The translations under genes and the position numbers were made by a program. DNA of 64,000 nucleotides from NCBI GenBank assembly GCA_903835385.1, contig CAILMQ010000046.1, positions 4,861-68,860 of the forward strand, written 5' to 3'. The DNA comes from an uncultured Candidatus Micrarchaeota archaeon (GTDB lineage Archaea; Micrarchaeota; Micrarchaeia; Anstonellales; Bilamarchaeaceae). This document shows, one piece after another, positions 18,382 through 27,737 of this stretch (the stretch's first letter is position 1; each line of letters begins with the position of its first letter). Under the pieces are notes generated by a model. It had not been told where the DNA came from. It made no database searches and saw only the letters and a list, made by a program, of their open reading frames with translations.

Positions 18382-18804
18382 TCATTCCTGGGTGCGGGCG
18401 ACTTCCTTCGCCGCCTTGTCAAGGAGCGCCTGGCCCTTGGCCGTTAGCTTCCTGCCGCCAGTCTTCTGCTTCGCGAGCAGGCCCGCCTTCTCCAGCTGCT
18501 GCATGGCCTTGCGTATGGTCGAGCCTCCGGAGGGCCTGTGGTGCTCTGGCCGCACGCCCCGGATTTTCCTGCCGCCGTAGTGGCGCCTGAGCCTGTTGGT
18601 GCCGACCGCGCCCCGCACATAGGCGTGGCGCATTATGGAAGCGCACCTCACGTACCAGAAGTCCGCCTGCTCCGGAGGCCTGTCCTTCTGGCTGCCGGTC
18701 TTGACGAGCCCGACGAACGCGGGCTTCTCGAGCTTCATGGCCTTGAGCTTGTTGGCCACGCTCTCCATGAGCCGGTTTGTGTCCACATCTAATGCTGTAA
18801 CCAT
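18382..18804 (-). CDS. rps19e: Ribosomal protein S19e
   Basis: Typical eS19 sequence (FWYVRCASIMRHAY..., RRHYGG...). GAGGTGA SD upstream. Confidence 0.9.
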   Translation of the reverse strand: MVTALDVDTNRLMESVANKLKAMKLEKPAFVGLVKTGSQKDRPPEQADFWYVRCASIMRHAYVRGAVGTNRLRRHYGGRKIRGVRPEHHRPSGGSTIRKAMQQLEKAGLLAKQKTGGRKLTAKGQALLDKAAKEVARTQE

Positions 18805-18867
18805 TGGTTCACCTCATAAGCATAAGCCAGATTACGTTGCACCGTAATTAGCTGTAACAAACAACGA

Positions 18868-18921
18868 GCACAAAATTTTGCGAAATTTTGTGCGACAACA
18901 TGGTAAATCGAATTTACCATG
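18868..18921 (-). terminator. Two consecutive perfect hairpins downstream of the transporter gene
   Basis: GCACAAAATTT-tgcg-AAATTTTGTGC (18868-18893) and CATGGTAAAT-cga-ATTTACCATG (18899-18921). They begin 36 nt after the stop at 18957. Confidence 0.5.
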
Positions 18922-18956
18922 CAGAAAATTAATGCGGATAATGGTATTTAAATGTA

Positions 18957-20111
18957 TCATTCGACGCGGATGCGGCGCTTCTTCAGCTCTATGACCAGCG
19001 GATAGGCTGCCATGGCGAGGGCGAGGAACGCGAGCGAGAGGTGGATGCTGCCCAGCAGCACCGTGGAAAGGAGCACGAGCGCGACTCCCAGGACCCTGCC
19101 GTGGTTGAGCAGCCACTCCCTGCCTATGAACACGCCTTCCAGGGACTCCTGCCTGTTGTCCATGAGGATGGCGGTCGTGAACGGATAGAAGAGCGTGGAC
19201 AGGAAGTTGCGGAGCGATGCCGCCGCGGACCAGAGGAACGCGGTGCCGGCGAAAGACGCCAGGGCCGTTGTTATGGCGAGACCGCTTCCGAAGAGGGACA
19301 CGTACTTCTTCCTTTTGCGCGATTCGTCCGAAAGCCTGCTGACGACGAAGGACGCGAGCACCGAGAACAGCGTGGTGACCGACAGGTAGGCGCCCAGGTC
19401 CCCGGGTTTTGTGAAATAAAGCAGCGGTATCACCAGGATGAGCGAGGTTATGCCTCCGCCGTATATGCCTTCCAGGAACATCAGCGTCCTGAAGCCCTTG
19501 AGGCCGGCGAGGCAGTCCTTGAGCCCGAAACAGAACTCCCGCTTCCCGAGCGCAAGGAGCGCGAGCGGGATTATCAGCGCGTACACAATGGCTGCGAGAG
19601 CGAATACCAGGGGAAATCCGTAAGCCGATGCAAGCATGCCCCCGATTACTGGAAGGAAAACCCCGAATAGGGGATTGACGGCGAAATACAGCGAGCCGTG
19701 CGTCGCCTCCCTTCCTTTGCCGAACTCGAAGTACATGACGTTGAACGGCACCCAGAACAGGAAGCTGCACATTCCCATGAGGAACGAGGCGAGGTAGAGG
19801 ATCGATTCCGAAGGCGCGGCCAGCGCGAGCAGGGCGTAGGCCGATGCCTGGACAACGACTCCGGATAAGAGCACTGCCCGCATGTCCAGCTTCCTTTTGT
19901 CCAGGAGGTGGATGACGAACACCGGCGCCGCGGCCCAGAAGAGGTAGGATATCACGAGCGCGGGGAACGCGACGCCCGATTTGAAATAGAACAGGTTGAC
20001 GAAGCTTCCGCCGAGCACGCCCGCCGCGTTCCAGAGCGCATAGGCTGCGAGCAGCCGCAGCAGTGCGCCTCTTCCTTTGCCCTGGTCGTCGTGCATGGGG
20101 AATGGTTTCAT
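18957..20111 (-). CDS. Polytopic membrane transporter (MFS-like)
   Basis: About 12 hydrophobic segments. Family assignment is tentative. Start moved from the TTG at 20156 to ATG 20111, 25 nt from an A/T box. Confidence 0.55.
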   Translation of the reverse strand: MKPFPMHDDQGKGRGALLRLLAAYALWNAAGVLGGSFVNLFYFKSGVAFPALVISYLFWAAAPVFVIHLLDKRKLDMRAVLLSGVVVQASAYALLALAAPSESILYLASFLMGMCSFLFWVPFNVMYFEFGKGREATHGSLYFAVNPLFGVFLPVIGGMLASAYGFPLVFALAAIVYALIIPLALLALGKREFCFGLKDCLAGLKGFRTLMFLEGIYGGGITSLILVIPLLYFTKPGDLGAYLSVTTLFSVLASFVVSRLSDESRKRKKYVSLFGSGLAITTALASFAGTAFLWSAAASLRNFLSTLFYPFTTAILMDNRQESLEGVFIGREWLLNHGRVLGVALVLLSTVLLGSIHLSLAFLALAMAAYPLVIELKKRRIRVE

Positions 20112-20120
20112 CCTTGGATT

Positions 20121-20140
20121 ATTTAAAGCGTTTATTACAT
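20121..20140. promoter_or_regulatory. Divergent A/T-rich promoter block (ATTTAAAGCGTTTATTACAT)
   Basis: TTTAAAG is centred about 25 nt from ATG 20150 (plus strand). TAATAAA on the minus strand is centred about 25 nt from ATG 20111. Confidence 0.45.
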
Positions 20141-20149
20141 CAGATGGGC

Positions 20150-20467
20150 ATGGCAACCAGTGCGCCGGGGCAGGAAAAGAGGGCAGCCGTTTCCGAAGGG
20201 AAGCTGGACGAGATAGAATCGGACACTCTCAGGAACGCGGCCAGGACGGTCTCGATCATAGAGAATGCCATTTCAGCATGGAACGCAGCGAAGGTGAAGC
20301 CCAGGAACATGGCAAGCGCCCTTGAGAGGCTGAAGAGATTCCGCACCGCGCTCGTGAGATGGGGCGCGGAATGCGCCGTGCTCCGCGCCGGGCGCGCTGA
20401 CATGGAACACCGCGTGGGCATGCTACGCGAGTTCGTTGAAATCTGCTACGCCTACGAGAACGCATGA
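20150..20467 (+). CDS. Small helical orphan protein (about 105 aa), coupled to the 1613-aa gene
   Basis: In-frame ATGs at 20144 and 20150. The stop overlaps the next ATG (GCATGA at 20462-20467). The first 27 codons of the ORF-track call overlap the divergent gene and are rejected. Confidence 0.55.
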   Translation: MATSAPGQEKRAAVSEGKLDEIESDTLRNAARTVSIIENAISAWNAAKVKPRNMASALERLKRFRTALVRWGAECAVLRAGRADMEHRVGMLREFVEICYAYENA

Positions 20468-23400
20468 AGGGTGTGCATTTGGCCGAAGCCGAGAAACAGA
20501 AACCCAAGGCAACGAAGGAGGCGGAGCGCGCGCTCCAGAGGGCCGAGATGCAGGCAAAAATGCTGAGGGCGGTCCAGCCGGCGAGGATAGCGGCAGGCGT
20601 CCCGACCGTGGCAGAGGCTGCGGCAAAGCGTGCCGTGAACGCGGCCATGGGGACCGTGCGCCAGGCGGAGCGCGTTGACGAATCCCTCGGCCTCGGGATA
20701 TTCCATCCTGAAACCGCGCGCGTGACGCTCCCGTCCGGGCTTGTGGAGGAGCGGATACAGCTTGAGAAGGTGCGCGTGCAGGCCGTGCACGGTGACGTGC
20801 CGAAGCAGGAGTTCGAGAAATTGAGACGGCACTATGCGCACGGGCTTGCGGTTTTTCTCGCCGGAGAGGCTGAACGGCGCATTTCCGACCCCGTGGAGAA
20901 CCTCAGGCGCGAACTCGGCTCCATACGCGAGGTCGCGGTCGGGTTCAGGAGGGAGATGCGCGATGGCGGCCTGGTGGACATGCACGCCCCGGAAAGGTCC
21001 GACGGCAACTGGCTTTACCGGAAACTCGGCGCCATCGTCCATGATATAGACGCGCTGCGCGACGAAACCGGGAAGGCAAAGCCCGGGAGCCTGCCGGATG
21101 AACTGGCCGCACGGTTGCAAAAACTTTATGTTGAGTACCGGCAGGCCGTGAACGTGATTTACCATCCGGCGAAGCTGCTGCTTGCCGAGCTGAAGAAGAA
21201 CGGGGGCCTCGTGGCCTACCTCAGGGAATCCGAAGGCTCGGACCATTCCCTGAGCAAGGTTTCCGCGCTGGAGGACCTGGAACGCGCAAGAGGCCACCTT
21301 ATGGAGGCGCTCCGCATAATGCAGTACGCGCCGGAAAGGATGGCGGACGCGAGGAAGGAGTTCAGGGCCGCGGCCGAAGACAGGACACAGGCGCTCACCC
21401 GGCTTTATATCAACGAGAACAGCATCGCGGACAACGTGAGGCTCGCGGCAGGCATGACCTACGACCCCACGGCGCGGTTCGCGTTTTACAGGGACGCGCT
21501 CGTGGCGTTATACGACGCCTCGGCGCACGGAAAGGGGTTTGACAAGAATTTCGCGGCACTGGGCGCGGCATTGCTGCATCTCGAGACCTGCATGGTCACT
21601 TCTGACAAAAAGCTTTTCGCATCGGGCGAGGCAAAACTCCAGCAGGGCGTAATCGCGAATTCGGAAAAGCTGGTCGCGGACTACTCTTCGCTCCTCTCGG
21701 GAGGGAAGGCGGCGCTTACGGAAAAGGACGCCGCGGCGATTTCGGCGGCGGTGAAAAGCGACAGCAGCATCCTCTATGCGCGCATAAGGCGCGCCAGGAG
21801 GATTGACCAGCTGGCGGAGCTTGGAATGAGCCTGATTCCGGTCATCGGCTCGGCGTTCATCACTGCGTCTGTGATAAAGGGCGCGGCGCGGGATTACGCG
21901 ACAACCGGCGAGATTTCGCCAATGACCGGAGTAATGGCGGCAACCGCGGTGCTCGGGCTGCGGGGCGGACTTGCGAAAGAAGCCTTTGCCGCGATTGAAC
22001 AGTCCCTCCTACTCAGGCTTTCGGAATTCGGCGCCGCGGGCGCGCTCACCGTGCCGCAGGCAAGGCATGTGGCTGAATCCTGGGCAGCCTACCGTGTGGC
22101 GCCGAAGCAGGAACGGCGGGAGCGCCAGGACGCGCTCGAGGAGGCTATCTTCAGCTCGCTTTCCCTTGCGGTTCCGGTTTTGGGGGGCGCGGTGCATGCA
22201 AAGGCAGCGAAATTCATGGAATCGCGCGGGGAGATCGCCATGCCTGTGAAAGCCAGGCCTAAAAATCCGGCGAAAAGCGGGCCTAAGATGCCGCCGCAGA
22301 GCGAGGCGCTGAGGCTGCGCATTGCCATGGCAGACATGGCGCGCGCGGTGGTGAAGGGTGCGGAGGGCCTGCCCTTCGGAATCACCGCGGAAAAGGTCGC
22401 GGCCGTCAACAGGCTGCGCGCGCAAATCACGCCCCTGGCAGAGGCGAAATTCGCCCGCGGCCAGCAACTGACCCAGGTGGAGATGGCCGCCCTGATTGCA
22501 AAGGAAAGCGAGACTTTAGGGCTGCCGAAAAAAGGGCAGTGGAGAAACGAGGACTTGGGCGCGATAAAGGTCCTTATGGCTGAAACAGAAAGGCTCGAGG
22601 CAAAGGATGCGGCGCGGCGCCAGCGCTCTGTCCCCATGGCCGAGGCTCCGGTGGCTGCGGAAAGGACGCGCGCGGCGCCTGCCGAAGCCTCGGCGCTTGT
22701 GGCAGGCAGCCTTAGCGGCGACGGCAGCGCGCTCGCGATGAACGTCGCGGTGCTCACTGCGCAACCCACTGTGGCCGGAAAGACGCTTCACGAGACCGTG
22801 CTGGCCAACGGCGAGGCGCTGCATTCCGCGGTGGAGCGCATGCGCGGCAACATCGAAACCGCGGCGCCGGTCTTGAGGTCCCTGGACAACGCGGCCAGGG
22901 CCGCTGAAAGCTGGGCTTTCCGCACTTTCAGGAGGGCGAATCCGCTGGCGAGGGAGGACTATGCCCGCATAGTGGTTTCCATTGACAAGGGCAAGACATG
23001 GCTGCTCAACTCCCTCAGCGACCGCGGGGAGTACGGCGACCTGGGGCTCGTCGTGTTTTTCAGGGGCGCGTCAAAGGCAGTGAAGGACCTCGGCATCGAG
23101 GGCGTCAGCATAGTGCGCACCGGGGCGGACGACGCCACCATAGTGATTTCCGAGCTCGGCTTCCGGCGGCTCGGGGAGAGATTCGGGGCCAAAACCGAAA
23201 ATGATGCCATCGGCATCGTAATCGGGCGCGTCAGGGCCGAGGCCCGCACGGCCGCAGCGCAGATGGGAATAACCTCGCCGCAGCTCATTGGCGCGCTGGC
23301 TGATTTCACCGGCATCGGGGACGCGCTCTCGCGGGACAGAACGAACGGAGAGTGGATGCTGGCAAGCAGCGGCAGGAGATACAGGACCATGGAGGCCGCG

Positions 23401-25305
23401 GTGGGCGCAATAGAGTCCAGGTCCCTGGTGGAAAAGGTGCGCGCGACCGACCCTGTTGCGGCAGTGCGCCTTGAGCAGGCGGCCACTGCCTTTGACAGGA
23501 ATCAGGTTCCGAAAACCAAGGGCGTGAACCGCCTTAACGAGGCTGAAGGCAAGCCCGTTGATTCTTCGGGCGCGCCGGTCCGGATAGACGAGGCGGTCAA
23601 TTTCCGCGTCGCATTCCAGGAGGGCATGAGAACCGCGTTCATGCGCGGGGCCGAGGCAAAGGGGAAGGGGGTCACCGCGGTGGAGAAAAACCTGATAGGC
23701 CCGAGCGTAACGAACAGCGTGGCGGGAAGCGCGTTCACGGACGGGCTTTCCGCGCATTACGCCGCCGCGTTCGCGAGGGCGGCTGCAGAGGCGAAGCTTT
23801 CCGGCAAAATGGCCATTTATGAAACCGGGCCCATGGCGTTCGGCTTCAGCTTCAACGGCCCGGTGGGCAGCGACACAATGGCACGCGTTCTCGGCAGGAG
23901 CGAGCAGCTGTTCCTGCAAAGCGTGCCCGGGGAGCTCGGGATAAAGGATGTCAGGACGTTCAGGACCGCGACCGTGAGGGAGGGCCGCTACCGCGTGGCG
24001 GACGCGCTTTTCGGCGAGCCGGCCGAGGCTGTCAGCCCCCAGGCTGACATGAATGCGAAGAGGCTCGTATCCGCCATACATGTTGCGGACGAGGGAGCGC
24101 TCCGCGATTATCTTTCAACGAACGGGGTTGACCGGCAGACTGCGGACGCGGTGATAAAGGCAAGGGGGGAAAAATGGCTGCGTGGCATAGAGGATTTGCG
24201 GCCCGCGCTGCTCAAGAACGGCGCGACCGGTCCCGGGCTGGACAGGCTTTTCAGGATTTACGCGCTGCCCCACAGGATACTGGCACGTGCCGCGGAACCA
24301 GGGCCCGCGCCCGCTGTCACCCCAAGGAAAGCAACTGCCCCCGGCACTCGGGAAACTTACAGGCAGGCGTTCGTGCGGGGATACGGACAGAGGCGGGGGA
24401 TTGGCGGCGGGATAGGGATGCTTGGCGCCGGAGATGCTGACGCGCTCTACCATGGGATAGAGGGCGGAGTGGCTGCCGTGAGGGAACTGCGCATCAAGAG
24501 AAGCGCGATGAAAAAGGCCGGGGGCGACCGCGAACCCGCCGTCAGGCAAGCCCAGGCGAAGAAAAGCGAAAGCGCGGGAGAGGCACGGGCAGTGAAGGCA
24601 GATGCCGAAACCGTGTTTGGACAGATTGCCGAAGCAGAAGGCGCGTCATCCAGGGAAGACCTTCTCACAGAGTATGGCCCGGATTTCGTGAGAAAACGCC
24701 TCACCGAGCTGGGGTATGGCAATGAGGACATAAGGAAAGCCCTTTCGCAGCATTCCGAAGCGGCATACGAGCATTTCGCCCGGCATGTGAAAGGCAGGGA
24801 GGACGCCGGGCTCAAAGCGGCTATTGGAAGCGGCGGGCGCCGCTCGGGCAAAGAGTACCTGGCCGGGCAGTACTATCCGGAATCGGTGGCTGAGGCGATT
24901 GTGGAGGGATACCCTGCTGAACTGGAACTCCACAGGCAGAGCGTTACGAGGATTCCGGCAAGGCCGCAGAGGGACCTCCCCCGGGCTGCTTTGCCACTTA
25001 TCAGCAGCGATGAGACCGCGCAGATTTTAACGAATGGCTTTGGTTTCAAAGACATCGGAAGCAGCAAGGAACACGACCTCCAGCGGCCCAAAAGAGATGA
25101 AAAGGGCAAAATCATCCCCGGCCAGTACACCGGTAAAATACCCATCCCAAGAAACCGGGATGCGGTGGCCCTGGGGACGCTGGATGCCATCTTGAAAGAG
25201 TCGGGGATAACACGCAGGGATTTCCTCCAGAAGGCGCTTGACCTAGGCATTTTGACGAGAAAACAGGCAAGGGAATGGGGGCTTGAGAAGTCAGCGGCGC
25301 CTTAG
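20464..25305 (+). CDS. Giant orphan protein, 1613 aa, with hydrophobic segments, a possible degenerate palm (GGDEF-like) motif and an HhH motif
   Basis: ORF track. Hydrophobic segments near 21826-21885, 21913-21975 and 22144-22200. Motif details are given in the findings. Antisense ORFs are shadow frames. Confidence 0.75.
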   Translation: MKGVHLAEAEKQKPKATKEAERALQRAEMQAKMLRAVQPARIAAGVPTVAEAAAKRAVNAAMGTVRQAERVDESLGLGIFHPETARVTLPSGLVEERIQLEKVRVQAVHGDVPKQEFEKLRRHYAHGLAVFLAGEAERRISDPVENLRRELGSIREVAVGFRREMRDGGLVDMHAPERSDGNWLYRKLGAIVHDIDALRDETGKAKPGSLPDELAARLQKLYVEYRQAVNVIYHPAKLLLAELKKNGGLVAYLRESEGSDHSLSKVSALEDLERARGHLMEALRIMQYAPERMADARKEFRAAAEDRTQALTRLYINENSIADNVRLAAGMTYDPTARFAFYRDALVALYDASAHGKGFDKNFAALGAALLHLETCMVTSDKKLFASGEAKLQQGVIANSEKLVADYSSLLSGGKAALTEKDAAAISAAVKSDSSILYARIRRARRIDQLAELGMSLIPVIGSAFITASVIKGAARDYATTGEISPMTGVMAATAVLGLRGGLAKEAFAAIEQSLLLRLSEFGAAGALTVPQARHVAESWAAYRVAPKQERRERQDALEEAIFSSLSLAVPVLGGAVHAKAAKFMESRGEIAMPVKARPKNPAKSGPKMPPQSEALRLRIAMADMARAVVKGAEGLPFGITAEKVAAVNRLRAQITPLAEAKFARGQQLTQVEMAALIAKESETLGLPKKGQWRNEDLGAIKVLMAETERLEAKDAARRQRSVPMAEAPVAAERTRAAPAEASALVAGSLSGDGSALAMNVAVLTAQPTVAGKTLHETVLANGEALHSAVERMRGNIETAAPVLRSLDNAARAAESWAFRTFRRANPLAREDYARIVVSIDKGKTWLLNSLSDRGEYGDLGLVVFFRGASKAVKDLGIEGVSIVRTGADDATIVISELGFRRLGERFGAKTENDAIGIVIGRVRAEARTAAAQMGITSPQLIGALADFTGIGDALSRDRTNGEWMLASSGRRYRTMEAAVGAIESRSLVEKVRATDPVAAVRLEQAATAFDRNQVPKTKGVNRLNEAEGKPVDSSGAPVRIDEAVNFRVAFQEGMRTAFMRGAEAKGKGVTAVEKNLIGPSVTNSVAGSAFTDGLSAHYAAAFARAAAEAKLSGKMAIYETGPMAFGFSFNGPVGSDTMARVLGRSEQLFLQSVPGELGIKDVRTFRTATVREGRYRVADALFGEPAEAVSPQADMNAKRLVSAIHVADEGALRDYLSTNGVDRQTADAVIKARGEKWLRGIEDLRPALLKNGATGPGLDRLFRIYALPHRILARAAEPGPAPAVTPRKATAPGTRETYRQAFVRGYGQRRGIGGGIGMLGAGDADALYHGIEGGVAAVRELRIKRSAMKKAGGDREPAVRQAQAKKSESAGEARAVKADAETVFGQIAEAEGASSREDLLTEYGPDFVRKRLTELGYGNEDIRKALSQHSEAAYEHFARHVKGREDAGLKAAIGSGGRRSGKEYLAGQYYPESVAEAIVEGYPAELELHRQSVTRIPARPQRDLPRAALPLISSDETAQILTNGFGFKDIGSSKEHDLQRPKRDEKGKIIPGQYTGKIPIPRNRDAVALGTLDAILKESGITRRDFLQKALDLGILTRKQAREWGLEKSAAP

Positions 25306-25758
25306 GCCCATCGCGCGTATTTCTTTTTCCCACAGCCGCAATGACTGCATGTCCCTTTTCGTTTCCCTGTTTTTCTCAGAAAGCCCCCGGTCGAATTCCG
25401 AAAAAAGAGAGCCGATATCATTGGATTTTAGCTGGCCGGATGAATCGAAAAAAGAGAGCTTGAGAACGGCCATGTAATCCCTGCTGTCCATCCGGGCCCA
25501 CATTTCGAGGCAGCGGATTGCGATTCTCCTGGTTTTCGGAGGGCACAGGCGCATGTGATCGATAATCTTCTGGTAATCTGCCGGCACTGCGAGAGAGCGA
25601 AGCACTTGTTCCGCGCTTGCTGGAAGCGAGTCCGCGGCGAGCTGTGCCACCAGGGTAAGCCTGCGGAGGTCCTTTTGTATCAGGAATCTATCATCCGCTG
25701 TCCTTCCGGCGTGGTAATGACGCACACCCTGCCGTATCGCTTGATGGGTAGGTTTCAT
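25291..25758 (-). CDS. Orphan protein, 155 aa, convergent with the giant gene and overlapping its 3' end by 15 nt
   Basis: Protein-like composition. TATA-like CTTAAACTTT (25781-25790) is centred about 27 nt upstream of the ATG. Confidence 0.5.
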   Translation of the reverse strand: MKPTHQAIRQGVRHYHAGRTADDRFLIQKDLRRLTLVAQLAADSLPASAEQVLRSLAVPADYQKIIDHMRLCPPKTRRIAIRCLEMWARMDSRDYMAVLKLSFFDSSGQLKSNDIGSLFSEFDRGLSEKNRETKRDMQSLRLWEKEIRAMGLRRR

Positions 25759-25834
25759 AGCAATTGTGATTATGTGTAGTAAAGTTTAAGAATATGGGCT
25801 TGTCTGCGAGAACCGGCTTGGGCGGACCGCGCGG

Positions 25835-26491
25835 CTATTTGTACCTGAGCACCACGAAAAGATGGTCCTTGTCAAAGGGTTCCAGCCCGTACTTTTCCAG
25901 CACGTCGAATTTTTTTTCAAGTATGGCAAGCACGCCCTCGAAAACCTCCTTCGGCTTTTTCGTGACGTCTATGCTCTGGCTTTTTATGGCAATCATGGCG
26001 ATTCCGCCTTTTTTCAGGAACATCTCAGCGTTCATGACGAGTATGTCAGCCTGGTCCGGCTGCGCAACGTCCTGGTAGAGCGAGTCCACCTCGCCCACGT
26101 CCTTGTACTGCCCCGGCTGCCGCGCGTCCGCATGTATCGGGATGATGTTTTTCCTGATGTCGCAGAGCGCAAGCAGGGACTTCATGCACTGTGGGGCGAT
26201 TTCCACCGCGAACAGCTCGCCCTTTTCGCCGATGATGTCCGAGAGGTGGGAGACCGTCGTCCCTGTGGATGCGCCCAGATAGAGGATTTTGCTCCCCTCC
26301 GCGAACGGGAAGTTCTTCAGGCCTTTTCGTATCGCGGCAGCGAGCTTGGAGCGGAACGGGTCCCAGGTGCGGAGTTCGCCCTCGCCTGATTTCAGGAGCC
26401 GCTCGTCGTACACCCTTTTTCCCGGAACCGCGTTGCGCGTGGCGAGCGTGCGCCAGTCCGGCCTGAATACGCCTTCAAAGATTTTTTCCAT
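25835..26491 (-). CDS. flpA: Fibrillarin (C/D-box RNP 2'-O-methyltransferase)
   Basis: SAM-binding motif ILYLGASTGTTVSHLSDI, plus FRSKLAAAI and PDQADIL. Confidence 0.95.
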   Translation of the reverse strand: MEKIFEGVFRPDWRTLATRNAVPGKRVYDERLLKSGEGELRTWDPFRSKLAAAIRKGLKNFPFAEGSKILYLGASTGTTVSHLSDIIGEKGELFAVEIAPQCMKSLLALCDIRKNIIPIHADARQPGQYKDVGEVDSLYQDVAQPDQADILVMNAEMFLKKGGIAMIAIKSQSIDVTKKPKEVFEGVLAILEKKFDVLEKYGLEPFDKDHLFVVLRYK

Positions 26492-26675
26492 TTTGAACCG
26501 GGATTATTTCCTTGCGCCTGTTTTTTAAACTGTTTGGTTTTAATTAATAGTAATGTATGTAGGACATCCGGAACTCGCGTATTTGGCAGCCTGTCGCCAG
26601 ACAGGACAGAAGCGCGGGAAAGGCCCCAGGCGCATTGGGGTTGCAATTAAAGCTTTTTGCAGGAAAGTAGGATGC

Positions 26676-27257
26676 ATGCAAGAGCCGAAGGCGCCCCGCG
26701 CTGCGGGAGACAAAACCGGTCCTTTTGGAAACATAAGCACTCCGAACCTTGAGCTTGCGTCTCGGGCAATGCTCGTGGCGGAAGTTTACGGAATTGCACC
26801 GAAGGAAGGAACAATCGGAAAGTTCAGGGCCGCGGGGAGGGCTGTGGCCGAATCGCGGCTGCCTGAGCCGAAAAAAGCGCTGTTTGCCGGATATGTTGAA
26901 CTTGCTGGCAAGAATGCGAAAACCAGCTTCGCAATGCTCCAGGCAGTGGAAGCAATCACATCCTACCTGGCCGGCGAGGTATATGAAAAGGAGCTTGACT
27001 TTGAATTCAGGCTCATGAAAGCCTGGTGCTCTGGAAACATTACCGGCTTCCTGAAGGACGAGGCTGAAAAAGCGAAGTCAAAACCAGCAAGCGAGATGGC
27101 GGATGCCGCGCTCACCAAAAGCGAAATAATGCAGGCGTTCGCGGCTGCCCAGTTCAGGCGCTTTTACACCAGAAGCATAGTGGAAATCGCAAAAAGGAAC
27201 AGGGACCTGCGCAGCTGCACGGAAACCATACGCGCGGCGCCTGATGTCCAAGGATAA
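26676..27257 (+). CDS. Orphan protein (about 193 aa)
   Basis: ORF-track frame, start moved to Met42, which has an AGGAAAG purine tract and an A/T box about 29 nt upstream. No known motif. Confidence 0.45.
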   Translation: MQEPKAPRAAGDKTGPFGNISTPNLELASRAMLVAEVYGIAPKEGTIGKFRAAGRAVAESRLPEPKKALFAGYVELAGKNAKTSFAMLQAVEAITSYLAGEVYEKELDFEFRLMKAWCSGNITGFLKDEAEKAKSKPASEMADAALTKSEIMQAFAAAQFRRFYTRSIVEIAKRNRDLRSCTETIRAAPDVQG

Positions 27258-27337
27258 ACCCCGGAATTCATGGAATTTGACTAACACAAACAAACATTTT
27301 TAAATACTTTTATGCATTATATTGACAGGGCGATAAT

Positions 27338-27700
27338 ATGGATGCGACTCAGCAGCGCTCAACGGTAACTAATGGGGCCGGAACTGTGTCCAGGCAAAAA
27401 AAGAAGGATTTGAGATACTTAGCAACGGCACTGGTGCTTTCCAAGGAATGTGAAATGCTGGATGCGTTCAGGAGAAGGGCGGAGGATAACGCACTTCACT
27501 ACCCGATTCCAAAAGTGATTATGCCATTTTCCGCGAGCTCGGCTGCACATGCGCTTTCAGGCAATTGCAGGAATCGGGACGAGCGCGAGATACTTGCAAC
27601 CGCATTTGACGAAGTTGCGGGATTCTATAGCAGGGGCTCACGCGAAAATGAATTCCTTCAGGACGTTGCAGCAGGAATAAGAGGCAATGGAACGCGCTAG
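27338..27700 (+). CDS. Orphan protein, 120 aa
   Basis: ORF track. TTTTAT box is centred about 27 nt upstream. No known motif. Confidence 0.45.
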   Translation: MDATQQRSTVTNGAGTVSRQKKKDLRYLATALVLSKECEMLDAFRRRAEDNALHYPIPKVIMPFSASSAAHALSGNCRNRDEREILATAFDEVAGFYSRGSRENEFLQDVAAGIRGNGTR

Positions 27701-27737
27701 AACCTTTTTTTTTCAGCGCGCCTCCACAAGGGCTGTC

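Noticed and set aside
20063-20156. The extended 5' parts of both divergent ORFs (plus strand from 20063, minus strand from the TTG at 20156) overlapping each other
   Set aside because: Internal ATGs at 20150 and 20111 sit at leaderless spacing from A/T boxes. The extensions encode implausible N-termini.
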